A stretch of DNA of 62,549 nucleotides, filler included. It is 4 parts of 4 records of this genome, joined end to end, with 100 filler letters (N's around TTAATTAATTAA, not from the genome) between each part and the next. Parts side by side here need not be neighbours in the genome. Positions count along the whole stretch, not along the records: positions 37,026 to 62,549 come from DRR378314_1282; 3 more parts are not named here. One strand, 5' to 3'. Shown piece after piece: positions 48,352 to 61,429 of this stretch. A program made the position numbers and the translations under genes. Each line of letters opens with the position of its first letter. The stretch's first letter is position 1. Below the pieces are notes generated by a model that saw only the letters and a program-made list of their open reading frames with translations, did not search any database and was not told the origin of the DNA.

Positions 48352-50238
48352 ATGGCGGACGACTCTGGTGATATCGGCCCGAAAACAGTCCCGGATGAGG
48401 TTTGTCTTACTGCGACGGCGACGACGACGGCGTGCACCGCTGCGTCTCTATAAGAGCGCCACCCTCCCCGCCGGAGATCAGGTCGCGCGCGGCAAATGCT
48501 GCTGGCCTGGGGGCCCGTCCACTTCGCTTGTCCGCTTTGGCGGGCTCGCCTCGCAAGCGCGCATTTTGCCCTTCTTGAGCAGAACACGGGGCACCGTTGT
48601 ATTTGCAAGTGAATGCGCACTACACTTTGTTTATCGATCGTCACTGTACAGGGTGTATTATCTCATCCGAGTGCGTAGGCGTGGCTCACTTGGCTGTGAT
48701 AAGAGGTTGCACGTACTTTGTGCAACGATGGGCACGTGGTGGTCGCGCTCGCCCTGCTTGTTGTGGGCGCGCCCGTCACTACGGAGCTGCCGGACCCCGC
48801 CCGCCAACATACACTGGTTACATCCGCCTTTCTGGCCAGGATATCACGTCAACTTTTGGAAAATATCTAAGAAACCATCTGATCCCACGAGAAACGAGTC
48901 GTGCGCTGCTGGCATGAATATTGAATCAGTGGTGCTGGGAGTGAGGCGGAGCGGTACCGCGTTGGCTTGCGGTATCGGGCGGGCGCTGTCGCCAAGATTC
49001 GCGTCGCTCAGCACGTCGCCTCCCCGTTCAACCACGGGCTTCGCCGTGCTTCTATTGCCTCCGTAGCATTTCGGCGCTTTTCTGACGCGGCATGTTGCGT
49101 TGTTGGGTGAACCCGTAGGAACTTCTCGCTCAAATCAAGGAACGCGAGAGCAAAGTTTCGTCGCTCATCAGGTACGTGCGGTTGCTCTTCCCGCTGGTCC
49201 GTGACGCCGTGCGGCTGCGCGGCGAGCGTGCGACTGTCCCGCCCGCGCGCGGTAGCGCTCTCGCTCGCAGTCTCTTCCTGCGTGCGCATCCTACTGCGCC
49301 TTGCAATGGCCCGTGTCAACGGACGCTTGGCGTATACTCTATGCTCATGATCATCTTGTATCTTGGTTTTCAATGCACAGCTCGAACACGAAAGAGGCCC
49401 TGATTGCGTCTCTGCAGAACCCACCGGTGGCTACGAAGAACCAAGAGATCAAGGTGTGTTCCGGAAGAAGCCCTTGTTGGTCTGGCAAGGTGATGCATTC
49501 TTCAGCGCGCCGGTTTGTGCAAATCTGGAAATCGATGCAGGGCCCTCGAAAGCGTTGATTATGCTGCCTTAACACAGCTGCACTACATCGATGATGCAAT
49601 CGATGAATTGCAGGATGCGAACGCGAAAATAGTGTTCAAGGTTCTGGCGGCTATCAAGGAGATGGAGATCAAGGGCGCCGTTGCCGCGCTATCCCCTGAC
49701 GACAGCGACGTGCTCATGAAATACGTGTACAAGGGCCTCGAAACGCAGCCGAAGATGAGCCCAAGCTTGCTCAAGGTAGGGAAACAGCTCGTGTTGACAA
49801 AACTGTGATGCGCACTGCGTGATAATGGTTGCTTCTCTTCCTCTTCCGCTCTTTCGCTCCGAACAGGTTTGGGTCGGAAAACGTGAAGTGAGCTTGCTAA
49901 TGGCCGGCAACGGCGCTTGTCCTCGCACTGCCGCAAGAACGCTTGTTCCACGTTTCTGGGCGAGGTCAGGCGAGCACGTGTTGTATAGGCAAGCGCTTGT
50001 TGTGGTAGAGGTATTCAAGTCATCTGTCATTAATGTGCGTGGATCAGTATTGGGAGTCGAAGAATGTGCCCGTTCCTCCGGCGTGTGCGCACAGCAAGAA
50101 AGATACGCTTGCCAAGACATTGACGCCGCTCTCACACGACGACCACTCGTGCGTATGGTGCAGTGGCATGCAGCGATCACTGCGAAAGACGGCCTCGGCA
50201 CAATCACACGCGCTCTCGTGGAGAGACAGACCGTGTAA
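48352..50238 (+). CDS. ARPC5: Actin-related protein 2/3 complex subunit 5 (p16-Arc)
   Basis: Exons 48352-48399, 49119-49171, 49381-49453, 49614-49775, 50164-50238: EAL..SLQNPPVATKNQEIKD...VFKVL.AIK..EI..AV..LS....DVLMKYVYKG...LLKWH......GLG.I.RAL..RQTV. Confidence 0.92.
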
Positions 50239-50760
50239 GCGAGTTGTATCGATTCCAATACGCGCGCACTGCGAGGAGTCTCCCGCCGCGCCCCTTACAG
50301 CGCGGCTGCAAGCCCGCGTTCCGTGATCCCGCGACGGCGTCAAGCAGTTCTTTGTGTATTTTCCCACCGTTTTTTTTTCTCTTCACTTGCTGCTACACCC
50401 CGCGCGCTTTCTTTCCCATGTGTCCAAAGACATCCCGGTGCATATGTGCCGATATGAGTGGTATGGAAGCTGGGAGAACGCTTCTTCTGCGTGTGCAGCT
50501 AGTGCATTATCTTTTCTCTGTTTTAGAGTCGCCACCCGGCGTTTGCGCTGTGGGTTGGATGGAAACTCTGTGTATGCTGGGCGCGCATTGGACGTTGGAG
50601 ATGATACATGGCCTGTTGCCCCGCGCGCGCTGCCGTGGACAACGTTTCCACCGCTGGCTGCTTCTGCAGCACTCGATGAGTTTCCCATCGCGCACGTACT
50701 TCGAACGAGGAAGCCCCGCCTGCGTAGATAGGCTCCGCACGAGATTGGGAAGAACTGCGT

Positions 50761-53700
50761 CTATTCGCTTTTCACCGCTGAGGTCCCGCAGCTCGCAATC
50801 TGGTGCAGTGTACCGCCAAGGGAGGAGAACAGGCGAGGAATGTCCGTCATTCCGCGCTGGGTAGTCGCCGAAATGTACCTGCAGCAGAAACGCGAAACCC
50901 ATCTCGCGACGGTAAGTTTACGCTGCGCAACTCGGCACTGTAAGTGCTGAAAGGTGCAAGGAACACGCCAAAGGTACTGCGATGCGCGGTGCGTACATCT
51001 CCACATCGTGGCGGCGAGTGATGCTTGCGACGAGCTTCGGAGCGTGGAGCTGAGCGTTGGTGCGCTCCAGCGCGCATGCGACGACCACAGATTCGGAATG
51101 AGCAGCGATCCACTGGAGAAAATCATCGTATTCGCAAGGCAACTCCTGGCTTGCAGACCATTCGCCTGGGCACTGCAAAGCATCGCAACCGGGGGCCACA
51201 AGTACTGCAACCGGTGAGTTGCTCACCCTTTCTCCCACACTCCACCTTTTGTCAGGAGCGAGCAAGCGGCAGAGCACGCTTGTTGGCAGGGGGCGCGAAA
51301 GCGTTGAATCGCAATCAAATCAAACTTTGAGCGGCAAACCGAATCCCTTATCGTGACGATGCTGCAACTCAACAGGAAGAAAATACCTAGAACAAGCGAA
51401 TGGATATATGTGTATGTGGGGTAGGCCCCGTGCACGAGCTCCCACTTCCACTGTTCGCTTCACGAGCGAGCTGATTCATGCTCGTTTTCCTAGTGCTTGG
51501 TGCTTCCCCCTTGTCGTCGCAACCCAGTCCGTGTGCATATCAACAGTTAATCAATACGTACCACAAGCATTCCACCCACTACGAATCCAAATTTGCGACA
51601 GTCGTCAAGCACCGTCGCAGCAACATCCGCAGCATCACGCGCGGGAGTTGCTACTGCCAGCAAGGCCAGCTCAGTCAAGTCACTCTCCCGATGGGCAATG
51701 CGACGCGCAACGCCTTCCTCCACGGTCTGCTTCACAGCCTCACGCGTTACACCTACGTCACGGATTCCAGCTGCATAGCTGTTCGCAGTCTCAAAGGTGT
51801 AGTGTTTCTGCTCTTCTCCTAAGAAACTCAGTAGCGGTGTCTCCTCTGTATTGGAGGGCAGTGGGACGTGCTGAGGATATACGAGCGTCGACAGTCGTGC
51901 CAGCGCATGTGGCGCGCGAAGAATGATCTGCATAGACACTCCCTTCAGTGCCATGGAGCAGACAAGGACAATGCAGAGATCAAACGTTATCATATAAGTT
52001 GAAGTATCAAATAGCTGTGCAAGCGCTTGCGGGGATATTTGTAATTCTTTCGGGAGGCGTTCCCAGCATGCATCCTACACCGGTCGCTGCCGATCTGTGA
52101 GCGCCCTGCTGTCGCTCCGGACGCAGGCACCGAGAACAGCCACGGCAGTTTCCGAACCGTGTAAGCTCCCTTTCGTGCACACGCTTAGTATAGCGGCCAT
52201 TGTAAACCAATATTTGTGGTAGTCACATTTCGGGGTTCCCACACCATAGGCTCAGGGAATTCTCGTCGAGTTGCGAGTTCGCGTTGTTTTGCGGTCGGCC
52301 CAGCGCGAAGAGACCCTTCGCAACGCGCGCGTCCCAACTCGGTGCGCACCCGAAATGCGCATCATCGGAACTCATTCACGTAGGCAGCGCAGGACCATGC
52401 GTCACTGTTACAACGTACGCTTTCTGGTAATACAGTATTGCTCTGAAAACCACCAACGAGATCGAAGCCGGCCTTTCCGAAGAACCGTAGCACTCGAGAC
52501 AAGGCAGCGCGAGCGGCAAGCGAGAATCGAATGCGCACGACTGCTTCCGAAACCGGGGGCAGAAGAAGCTCCCAGTGCAAGAGCGATACAGTTGCGTCGC
52601 ATGGAGCATACAACCTGCCCATTGGGTTTCCTGACAGTGTTTTACATGCCGTAAGATCCTCTGCTCGAAAGAAGAAGGAAGCTATTGTCGCAGCTTCGAC
52701 CGCGGACGCTGAGACAACAATGAGCCCGTCCGCGCAGTCACACTCAATAGCAGAAGGAGCATTTTGCAGCCTGGCCCGCCACGCCTTTCGCGATGCGCAC
52801 CCTACTCCAATTACACACACTGTCATCTCTGCATCTTCACCATTTCGAATGCAAGAAGTGAACTGTGGTATTGTACCAGGACTCATCCGCTCCCTCAGAC
52901 CTGCAGGAACACCGCCTGGTTGCAAGCGCAAGGCGACGATCTCCTGGCCGTCGAGCTCCCGCATCATATCCACCAATTCGCTACAAAACGATCCCGTTCC
53001 GGAAGCGAGGATCGCGACAAGCTGCAGCTGCATTTCACATACATATGTGCCAATGGAAGACGCTGTATGCGGGGTATGCCCTAGTTCAGCCGGTCCACGA
53101 GCACCGCCGTCCTCGTGCTCAGGTGCACGCAGCGTCGTGGCCTCGTCAGCCTGCGCCTCAGCGCGCGCCCTCACCGGTACGCGTGCGACCTGGCTCCACA
53201 GTGCGCGCTCAACACGTCGATGCTCCAAAGAATCTTCCAGCACAACAATGGTTTGATGAAGAGACGTAGTGTCGTCCTGTGCCGGTGTGGGTTTCATCCC
53301 GCTCGGAACAGTGCCAGTCGCGATAGCTGAAGATGCGTACGGGATATCGGCTTCGCGCTCAAAGAAGAGAGCAAGCGCCTGCTGACAGCCAACGCGCGCG
53401 CACTTCGCGATTTCTTCCCCCACGCTCACGATCCCGCCCATCTGCATACCAAGTGCCGGAGCTATACGCAGAATTGCAGAAAGGCCGCGGGGTATAGTAC
53501 CGCGCCATCGTAACAGTGCGATGGCGCGGCGGCGCGGCGGGACGCTGATAAGCTGGACAAGTCGCTGACTGCGAAGAGTACCCACAATGCGCCCATCCCA
53601 GTCGCTCCCAACACGACCTCCGAAGAACGACGCTAGCGCCTGCTGTCTCTGATCGTCTGCGATCGGTGTGTTGAAAAGGTTGGAAAGGATATTTGGTTTT

Positions 53701-56700
53701 TGGTACATCATACGCTTGGCAGATTCCACGGCATTTTTTGCCTTTTCAACAACCGCATGTCCGTAGACCGCAACTGCTGCTTCGTTGGGACGAACGCGAA
53801 TTCCCACGATTTCGAGAAGCTCCTCGCGTACTGTGCGACAGAGAGTCTGTAACCCAGAAGAATTGGCGCACGTCAATACAGAAAATGCGCAAGCTCTCAT
53901 ATGCACTGATGACCAGTGAGGGAAAAAGCTAGGTTCCCATTCTGACATGCTTGAGGCGTCACTGCATTCCTCCTCGCTGCCACTCTTGGGTGACGCCTCC
54001 TCGATTGCGAGCACTGTGCAGCTGGGTACAGCCTCCCTTATCATGCGCGCCAGGTCCATCGTTTCTCCCGTTTCCCTTGCACCTTGGCACTTGCCATACG
54101 CAAAGGCTGCCATCACTAAGAACCGCTCCGAGGAAGCGAGTTGGCATCCGCTACGAGCAACCAGCTCAGCCACTGCCGGAGTCGCACGGGAGATCGCTGT
54201 TGCGGATCGGAATCGCAGGGAGCACTCTGGCGTGCACGTCCAAAGCGCATCGCAGATCGCAATTGGACTCAAACCGCCAAGCAGTGCGAGATGTACGGGC
54301 GCCGATTCGGCTTCCCGAGATTCCGAACAAAGGTCATCGGACCACACAGGCCTCCGCGGCAAGGTGGAGACCTTGTAATGAATGAGAGGATCTCCATACC
54401 CGCTGCGCTCCTTTTTCATGGAGCCTAGTTGCTCAGAAAGACTTTGGTATACGTGCCGAGTCCTACAATGAGCGCGGTGGCCAACAAACATTTGCGCATA
54501 CGCAGGGGAGTATGCAGATGGGTGAGAGATGGAAACCTCTTCGCTTTGAATCGTACAGTTTCAGCGCGCTACGTAAAAACCAACATGGTTTCGCTGCTAC
54601 ATCGGGGAGGGGCGCGGGAAGACTCACAACGCAGCCGTTCCCTGCGCCTGGCGCACAGCACGCACGTTGACGCTGTTGGTGTGGAAACGCTCAGTTTCCG
54701 CTCCCTTGATGCGCCATAAAGAGCGAACACAGTGGAGCAGATGTACGCGAATCAAAAGATTGTTGACACATATACCTTCACTGAGATGCGATAGGGCACA
54801 TACCTGTCCCTCATGCTAACCTCATTCGATTGCTTATGGAGGTGCTTTTCGCGCAGCTCATGTCGTGCTTCGGCCAAGCCGCTCCGGATCGCGCCTTTGC
54901 GATTCCTTTCAACTTCCTTTTCGGGTGTCAGGTATGCAATCTGTCTCGTCTGAGAGATCTCGTCTTCCAAATGCTGCACATGCATTGCACGCGACGTATG
55001 TGACTTTTCCAGTCTACGTCCTTCTTGCTGCTGTCGCCGAAGATCTGCCGCTGCACGCTCCGCCTTTTGTTGCTCGGCGAGCTTCTTCGCCTCACGCTCC
55101 TGTCGCACTCGAGCGCGTGCGCGTTGCTGCTCTTCCCACCGGCGCGCAGTGGCTTGCTCCTGAGACCTAGTTTCGTAGAGAATCGCCTTTGTTTTTGAAA
55201 ACAACGCACGTTTTTCTTCTAAATCTAGACCTTTCTCTATTAATTCATTTTCCTGGATTGCCACCGCAGCGATATCCGCTGGAATGTGGGAGGGGGAGAG
55301 TTCGCCGCGATCTGCGCGGAGCGACGAAGCCGCCGGACGGCGCATCACTTGCTCGTCGAGTGTTCGCAGCGGCTGCATACGCTCGATCTCTTGCTGGAGG
55401 GAAGCTGTATCCTTTCTTGTGATCTGCAAAAAGAAAAAGAAAATAGCCACGCGGGAACTCTAAGTTTGGGCTACAACGTCACGGTAGAGGAGAGAATCCA
55501 CAGAATGCAGCAGCAAGGCAGGCTTACTGAAGGTTGGCTTCCGCTGCCCGCGCTCGGCCGCAGGCTGCGCGCACTCCAAATGACCAACAGCAGCTTGCGC
55601 GTTCAGAGGCAAGGGTAAACCGGCATTAAGGTGTTCTCCCGTGGAGTACAGGATTAATAGATTCGCTACATAGGGGCGTTCATCGGTAGGTCAGCTCCAC
55701 AAAGAAAAATGCCTTGTGCACGGAACTCGGAGACGTACATGGTTCACGCTCCCGTCATCGTTCACGACAATTACAGCGGAATCGGGAACTCGCAGCGAGG
55801 CGGACAGCGTTGATGAAACAGCGCGCGGCTGCTCCTTGAGGATCCCCCTTTCCCGCTCAGCAAGTCGGCGGGCGCGCTGAAGATCTTCTTCATTTGTTCC
55901 AAGGAGAAACTTTCCGTCGTCACGTTCAAAATCGAGCAAAAGAAAATCCGTTCCGCCCACCCCGGCGCGGAAATCGGTGCTAGCGTCTTCGCAACCTTCA
56001 CTACTGTCTACGCTGCTGATGGATGTGGCAGCGTCTTCATTCTCTGCGACGACACTACGCACGAACGCACGCACCACAGGCATAACTCTCAACAAATGAC
56101 CGGTCACACAAGTAAACCAGTAGTAGTCGATTCAATAATTCCTGTGAGAAATAAAGGAAGACCAAGCAATGTATCGGGACGCTCGTACCTTGGTGTTCGC
56201 ACGGTCAAGCCTATGGTGGACCCCTTGAATAAGCAAGCACGGCAACACACGCACGCACGAATTTATGAGCAATCACAGAGAGATTTTGTCAAGGCATGAG
56301 TATACTGCAGTTTTGATAGCGAATACGCATCGAAATAGCAAACAGCGAAATGCCCAACGTGTTCGACGTACGGGGAGTCCTCTGAGAAACACGCGCAGCC
56401 ATTCCTCCCCTCGCAGGCTGCATCGTGTGTTTGACCCGTTGTTCGAATGCGATATGAATATGGTCTTCACGATAACCCTTTCTACGGGGGTTTCGCCTCG
56501 CATTAGACGCAAAATTTTGGACCAGATGTTTCTCATACTGCGTATACCAACACTTTCGGATTTTCGTGACGCACCTTTGCGTGCGGAGTGAAGAATGGCT
56601 GCTCATCTTCTGGGTCGTATTCACCTTCGTCAGATTCGCCACTAAGAAACGACCACTCGTCTGCAGTGTATGCCTCTTCCGTCGACGAAACACTCGAATC

Positions 56701-57066
56701 ACTAGCATCTTCTCCCGCTCTCTGCGTCAGGATGACGTGGTAGGAAAGAATTTTCACATGCTAATTGCGTGCATTGGCTTTTTGGACACACAGAAAAGTA
56801 GAGGCGCTCAGCGCAGCGAACACAATGGCCCCATCCGTCCGCTTATGTCTGGCGCAAAAGAGCGGGAACCGAAGAGACATCAGAGGGCCGCTGGCTGGCC
56901 CTGGCGCTCCCCTTTCCCCTCAGCTCTCTATGCTCTCGGAGTACCAATAGAAATAGAAGCGCGCGTATTCTTTCTCGCTCGAACTTCGACCGCGGCTTGC
57001 ATGCTGTGCATGGCTCGGCAGACGTACCTCCTTGTTTGGAGATTGATCATGTTCCACAGGAGCCAT
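50761..57066 (-). CDS. Large protein: acidic/disordered N-terminus, coiled coil, multiple degenerate NDK-like modules (possibly DNAAF8/DAAP1-related)
   Basis: First exon MAPVEHDQSPNKE (57066-57028), acidic exons, coiled-coil ORF 54752-55450, 709-aa ORF 52362-54491, exons near 51550-51880 and 50990-51210, last exon ends TAG 50761. NDK-like segments VLRFFGKAGFDLVG, LDDCRKFGFVVGGM, VVVACALERTNA, IVVSASAVEAATIASFFF. Several junctions are unresolved. Confidence 0.6.
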
Positions 57067-57711
57067 CGTCGCTTCCGGCCACTCTTGACTGCAGGCTCGA
57101 AACGCGGGTGTCCGCAAACGGTGCGGCGGCGTGAAACGGCGACACGGGCAGTGCGAAGCAGGAGAGACACTACTCACGGGGACAGCGGCGGTTGCGACAA
57201 GGCGCGTACGTTTATGCTCGAGTGATATGCGAGGAGACGGAGCAGAGGAGGGAAAAAAAAAGAGAGAGCGCTGCCTCTTTTGCGTTCCCAAGGATACAGA
57301 CGGGCAGGTCTGGCAGCGGGACCGGGGCGCGCTGCGCGTCCAGAATGGCGAACAGTATCCTTGGGTTTCGCAGAACCAAGGTTTACCAACTAGGGTTATG
57401 AATGCTCGCCTGAGTGCCCAAAGAGCCGCGGGAACGCGGCTGCGCCGCTCTGGAACAAGTAGCGCGTCGCCCGAGGTAGTCAACACGTCCCTGCCACAGA
57501 CGCTTCGGCGGTTGCTGAGAGTATATCGCACGGCAGAATAGAGATTGTCCACTGCACACGCGCACATAGCTTACTCAGTTGTCATAGTATTAAATAGCTT
57601 TTGCTTACTCTTTGCGTGTAAAGGTTGGCTTTCAAACGGCTGTAGTGTGACGTACGACTCCGTATCCGGTCAGCGGTCGCTGACGACTGGAGAAATTCGG
57701 ACGCTGCCACC

Positions 57712-60651
57712 ATGTCTGCTTGGACGTTCTTCATCGACCCGGCGAACGTTGCGTTGATTTCTACTGCAGTCGCCATCATTGTGTACAGCGTACGTTCCGT
57801 GATAAGCCGTGGTGCGCTCGTTATGCACGGTACTGCCGGAGCAAAGTAGCTGATCTTTGAGTGCGCATCTGCATCCCACCCAGAATGTGCGCACCGCGCA
57901 CACTCGCACAGCTACGCGACATCGGCGCGCGTCAGACGGCGGCTGCCAAGAGCACGAGGCGTCTGTCGTTCGCCTTCTCCTCTGTGCTCTAGTCGCAGCC
58001 AAACGATTTCCCACTTTCCCCGTACGCCCCAGCGGTTGCGACATACAACAAACGACTGACTTGTATTGCGCTGGGATTGTTCTGGGATGGAAATTTGCTC
58101 GTGCTCTGGACTGCTGCGATGTGCGCCGCTTGGCGTACGCAACTGGTTCCCATCCAGTCCTTCCGCTCCTTGTCGCGCGATGTCGCAGTGCTGCGCGCCG
58201 GAGCCGAAGAAGCCACCACGTTCTCTTCAAAGACGGTGATTGCGTTCGTCCTCTTGGCGTCCTGTGGACTGGTTCTTATGTTCTACTTTATCTCGTCCTT
58301 GTCGGTGTTCTTGAGTATCATGGTGTCGTTCCTTGGCGTCACGTCCATGTCCGTCGTGCTGGAGCCGACATTTCGGCGGCTCTTCGGTGCGGAGCGCGTG
58401 AGCGTCCCTCTGGTACGCTGCCCCTCGTTCTTCCCGCGTTGCGCTACGCACCAAGGGGCTTGTGCGTACCATATCACTTGTATTTTTGAAACAATCTATG
58501 AGGTAGCGTGAATTTCTGCACGCGAATGTCAGGGCATTGCGTTTGGCCCGGCAAGCGTTTGTGGTGTGCGAGTAGCGCGCAGAGTTGCGAAGCGAGCGAA
58601 TCAGTTTCTGCTCGTGGTTTCCTCCGCAGCGCCTTCGTTCCACAAAGGTGCGGAAGCATTTCGTGCTCGTTGTCCTTTCTTCGATTTCTCATCCAGTTTT
58701 GTATCGGATGTAATTGCTTGTAGCTGGGAGAATCGATGCTTTCCGATCTCGCCTCATTTTTCGTAGCAGCAGCGATCATTGCGCTCTGGTATATGGGTAC
58801 GTTGGTTACCTCCTGATGAGGTATTCCCCTGCTGCAGTTTCGGAAACTGCAAACGGCGACCGCAATTCTCTCTCTTGTTTTTTTCTTCGCGCATCCCTCT
58901 GCATGCTAGCGCATCATATGCCATTTCGTGATTGCGTGCATACCTCTAATGTTGCATTTGATGTACACTGTTTTTGCTAAACGTGCTTTGCCAGACCGTA
59001 ACTGGCTTCTGAACAATGTAATCGCAACCAGCATATGTGTATTCATCCTGATTTTCTATCGTCTGCCAAGCGTTCGCGTCGGCGCGCTTCTTCTCGGTCT
59101 CCTGTTCGTCTATGATATTTTCTGGGTATTCTTCTCTTCCAGATTTTTCGGGGATAATGTCATGGTAAAGGTGTGTATTTTCACGGAAGTGAAATTCTGC
59201 TCTGTGCGATGAGGTTTATTCCAAGCAGTGTGCTTTCGATTTCTGTGGCGCGTGTTCGCATTGTAGCTCTGTTGTTCTTTATTCTTAGAGCAATTTAACG
59301 GCAGCGCACGTACACTGCGCTGCCGTAGAGAACCCCAGGGCTTCCGTTGGCTCGTTCGAATGTGCACCGTATGGGGGCGGGGGCGGTCCTTGCAGTCGCG
59401 GCGCTGCTTTCTCAGCGCGGTGGCATTCTCGGTGCGCGGCGCCTGCTTTCCTCACCTTGAGATAAAATCTTGCGCGGCTATTGCTTGGAACAGGTGGCTA
59501 TCAACCTGGACATTCCGGCGAAACTTGTGTATCCTCGATTGCTGCAAGGTACGGTTGAAAGGCAACGGTGACGACGCGCGAAAGGAGGACAGTCGATTGG
59601 GTGCTCGGCCTGTTGTGTATCCGATTGCTTTGGTCTTGATATTCGCATGGAGATGAAGCAGCGCTGCACTGGTCTAATCACGCTCCCTGCGATTGTTGCG
59701 CGCAGACGATTCGTACACGCTGTTGGGGCTCGGCGATGTCGCGCTCCCGGGACTTCTTATCGCACATGTTCTGCAAAGCGACGTGGATTGGGCACGAGGC
59801 TGGCAGAGGGGATACTTTCGCATTGTATTGTGCGGATATGTGGTCGGCATTCTTGTTTGCGATGTAATTCTCGTGTCGACACGGACCGCCCAGGTACGCA
59901 AACCCTCCTTGGTGAGCGCGTTGCCGAGATGCATGCGCAATGGGGCATTGCTCGTTTCGCAAACGGTGTCTCAGGGGCTCCGCAGCTGCCGCGAATCCAT
60001 AGCAGCACCGGACCTTTGGGGGAGGTGGCGTTCATGTGGAGCTTACCATGCCCCTTTATTCCCTCAGTGCGCAACCTAGTATGATAAAAGCGGTCTATGA
60101 ACGACCACGCGCCATTTCTCTTCGCGCCAAGCGGTTGCCGAGCTGTGCGAATTCCAGGTGCTGCGGCTTCCCACCTTGTGCACGTGGTGAAACCCTGGTT
60201 ACTCGCCATACTCCGCCTGCAAATGTGTTGACGAGTACGAGAACTACCCTTGCTTTTTCTGTGCATATATCCAGCCTGCTCTGTTATATCTTACCCCGGG
60301 AACCCTTCTTCCATTGTGGTGGTTCTCACGACGGCGAGGAGAGTTCGGGAAACTATGGGTTGGCCAGAAACCGCCTCGAAGGTACGCTCATAGAAAGCTA
60401 GGCATGGTGCGACCCCACTGCTATGACTTTCCCACACGACAGTCCGCCAGCTTCCAACGTGCCTTGCCGTTTACGTGCTGTGCATGGAAAGTAGTAGGCT
60501 GGTTGAAGCCGCTGATGACAGCTACGATGCGGAAGCGCAGCAGAGCCGCGGTGATGATGCGCCTCATGAGCTGCACAGTGCAGCAGCGGAAGGGCTCGAG
60601 AGCAGCGGAGATGAGAACAGTCGGCTGATGGGGAGGAACCAAACAACATAG
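57712..60651 (+). CDS. Signal peptide peptidase-like intramembrane aspartyl protease (A22B), SPPL3-like without PA domain
   Basis: gccaccATG at 57712; IDPANVALISTAVAIIVYS|SFRSL, NWLLNN, RLPSVRVGALLL.GLLFVYDIFWVFFS..FG.NVMVK, LLGLGDVALPGL, AQ|PALLY. The YD, GxGD and PAL motifs are all present; last exon ends TAG 60651. Confidence 0.9.
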
Positions 60652-61232
60652 GGAGGAAACCCGGCTTCAATTTGACATTGACTCTTAGTAAACATATTTG
60701 TTATATGATTATCGTGTGGACACCAAATGGTTTTGCTGTTCGATATGGGGGTGCAATACACCGATGTTACAGACGCAAGGCCCACGTTGCGCCTGCCGCA
60801 AGCGCCAAAGAACCGGCACGCTTCGTTGCTAGCCGCGGTGTTGCGCGTCTGTCCCGGGTTGTGGCTAGGGTATGTGGGCGTGCGCTGTCCTGGGCGGATT
60901 TCGCCACTCCAGGATCAAATCGAAACACGATTTGTCACCAAACTGTCTTTCGGTCTCCTGGCGCGAGGGCGCAGCCCGACAGCCCAGCCAGCGCGACAGC
61001 GTCCGTGCAACTTGCTCTCTTTTCTCCTTCCCGTCTCACGCGCTTCTCTTGTTGCCAGAGCGAGGGCGCTGGCAAGGCACTCGTGCCTACCGTACTTGCC
61101 GCGCGCACTGTCACCCTCGGCAAACTGCATTGTCTCTTTAGTACCGTATTTTATTACAAGGGGCAGCGCAGAGGTTGCGCGACAGCGTGGACTCCCCGTT
61201 GTGCAAGGTCGTGAGTCTGTGCTGGTTGTGTC

Positions 61233-61429
61233 ATGGCTGACGAAGAGTCGCTGTCGCCGCGCGTCACGTCGCCTCGGACGCCGAGCTCGGCGCCGCCGCT
61301 GAGCTCGAGCCCCCGGCGTCGCGACGACTTTCCGTCGGGAACCGACCCGCTTTCGCAAGATCCTTTCGATGATGATGTGCCGGAGGATGAAGATGACGGA
61401 GAAGATCTCCTCGGAGAAGACCTCGAACG
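61233..61429 (+). CDS. MCM2: MCM2 N-terminal exon (gene continues past the window end)
   Basis: MADEES..SP-rich..LSSSP..EDEDDGEDLLGEDLER followed by a GTGCGT donor. This matches the start of the MCM2 histone-binding region (EEEDGEELIGD.MERDY). Confidence 0.72.
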
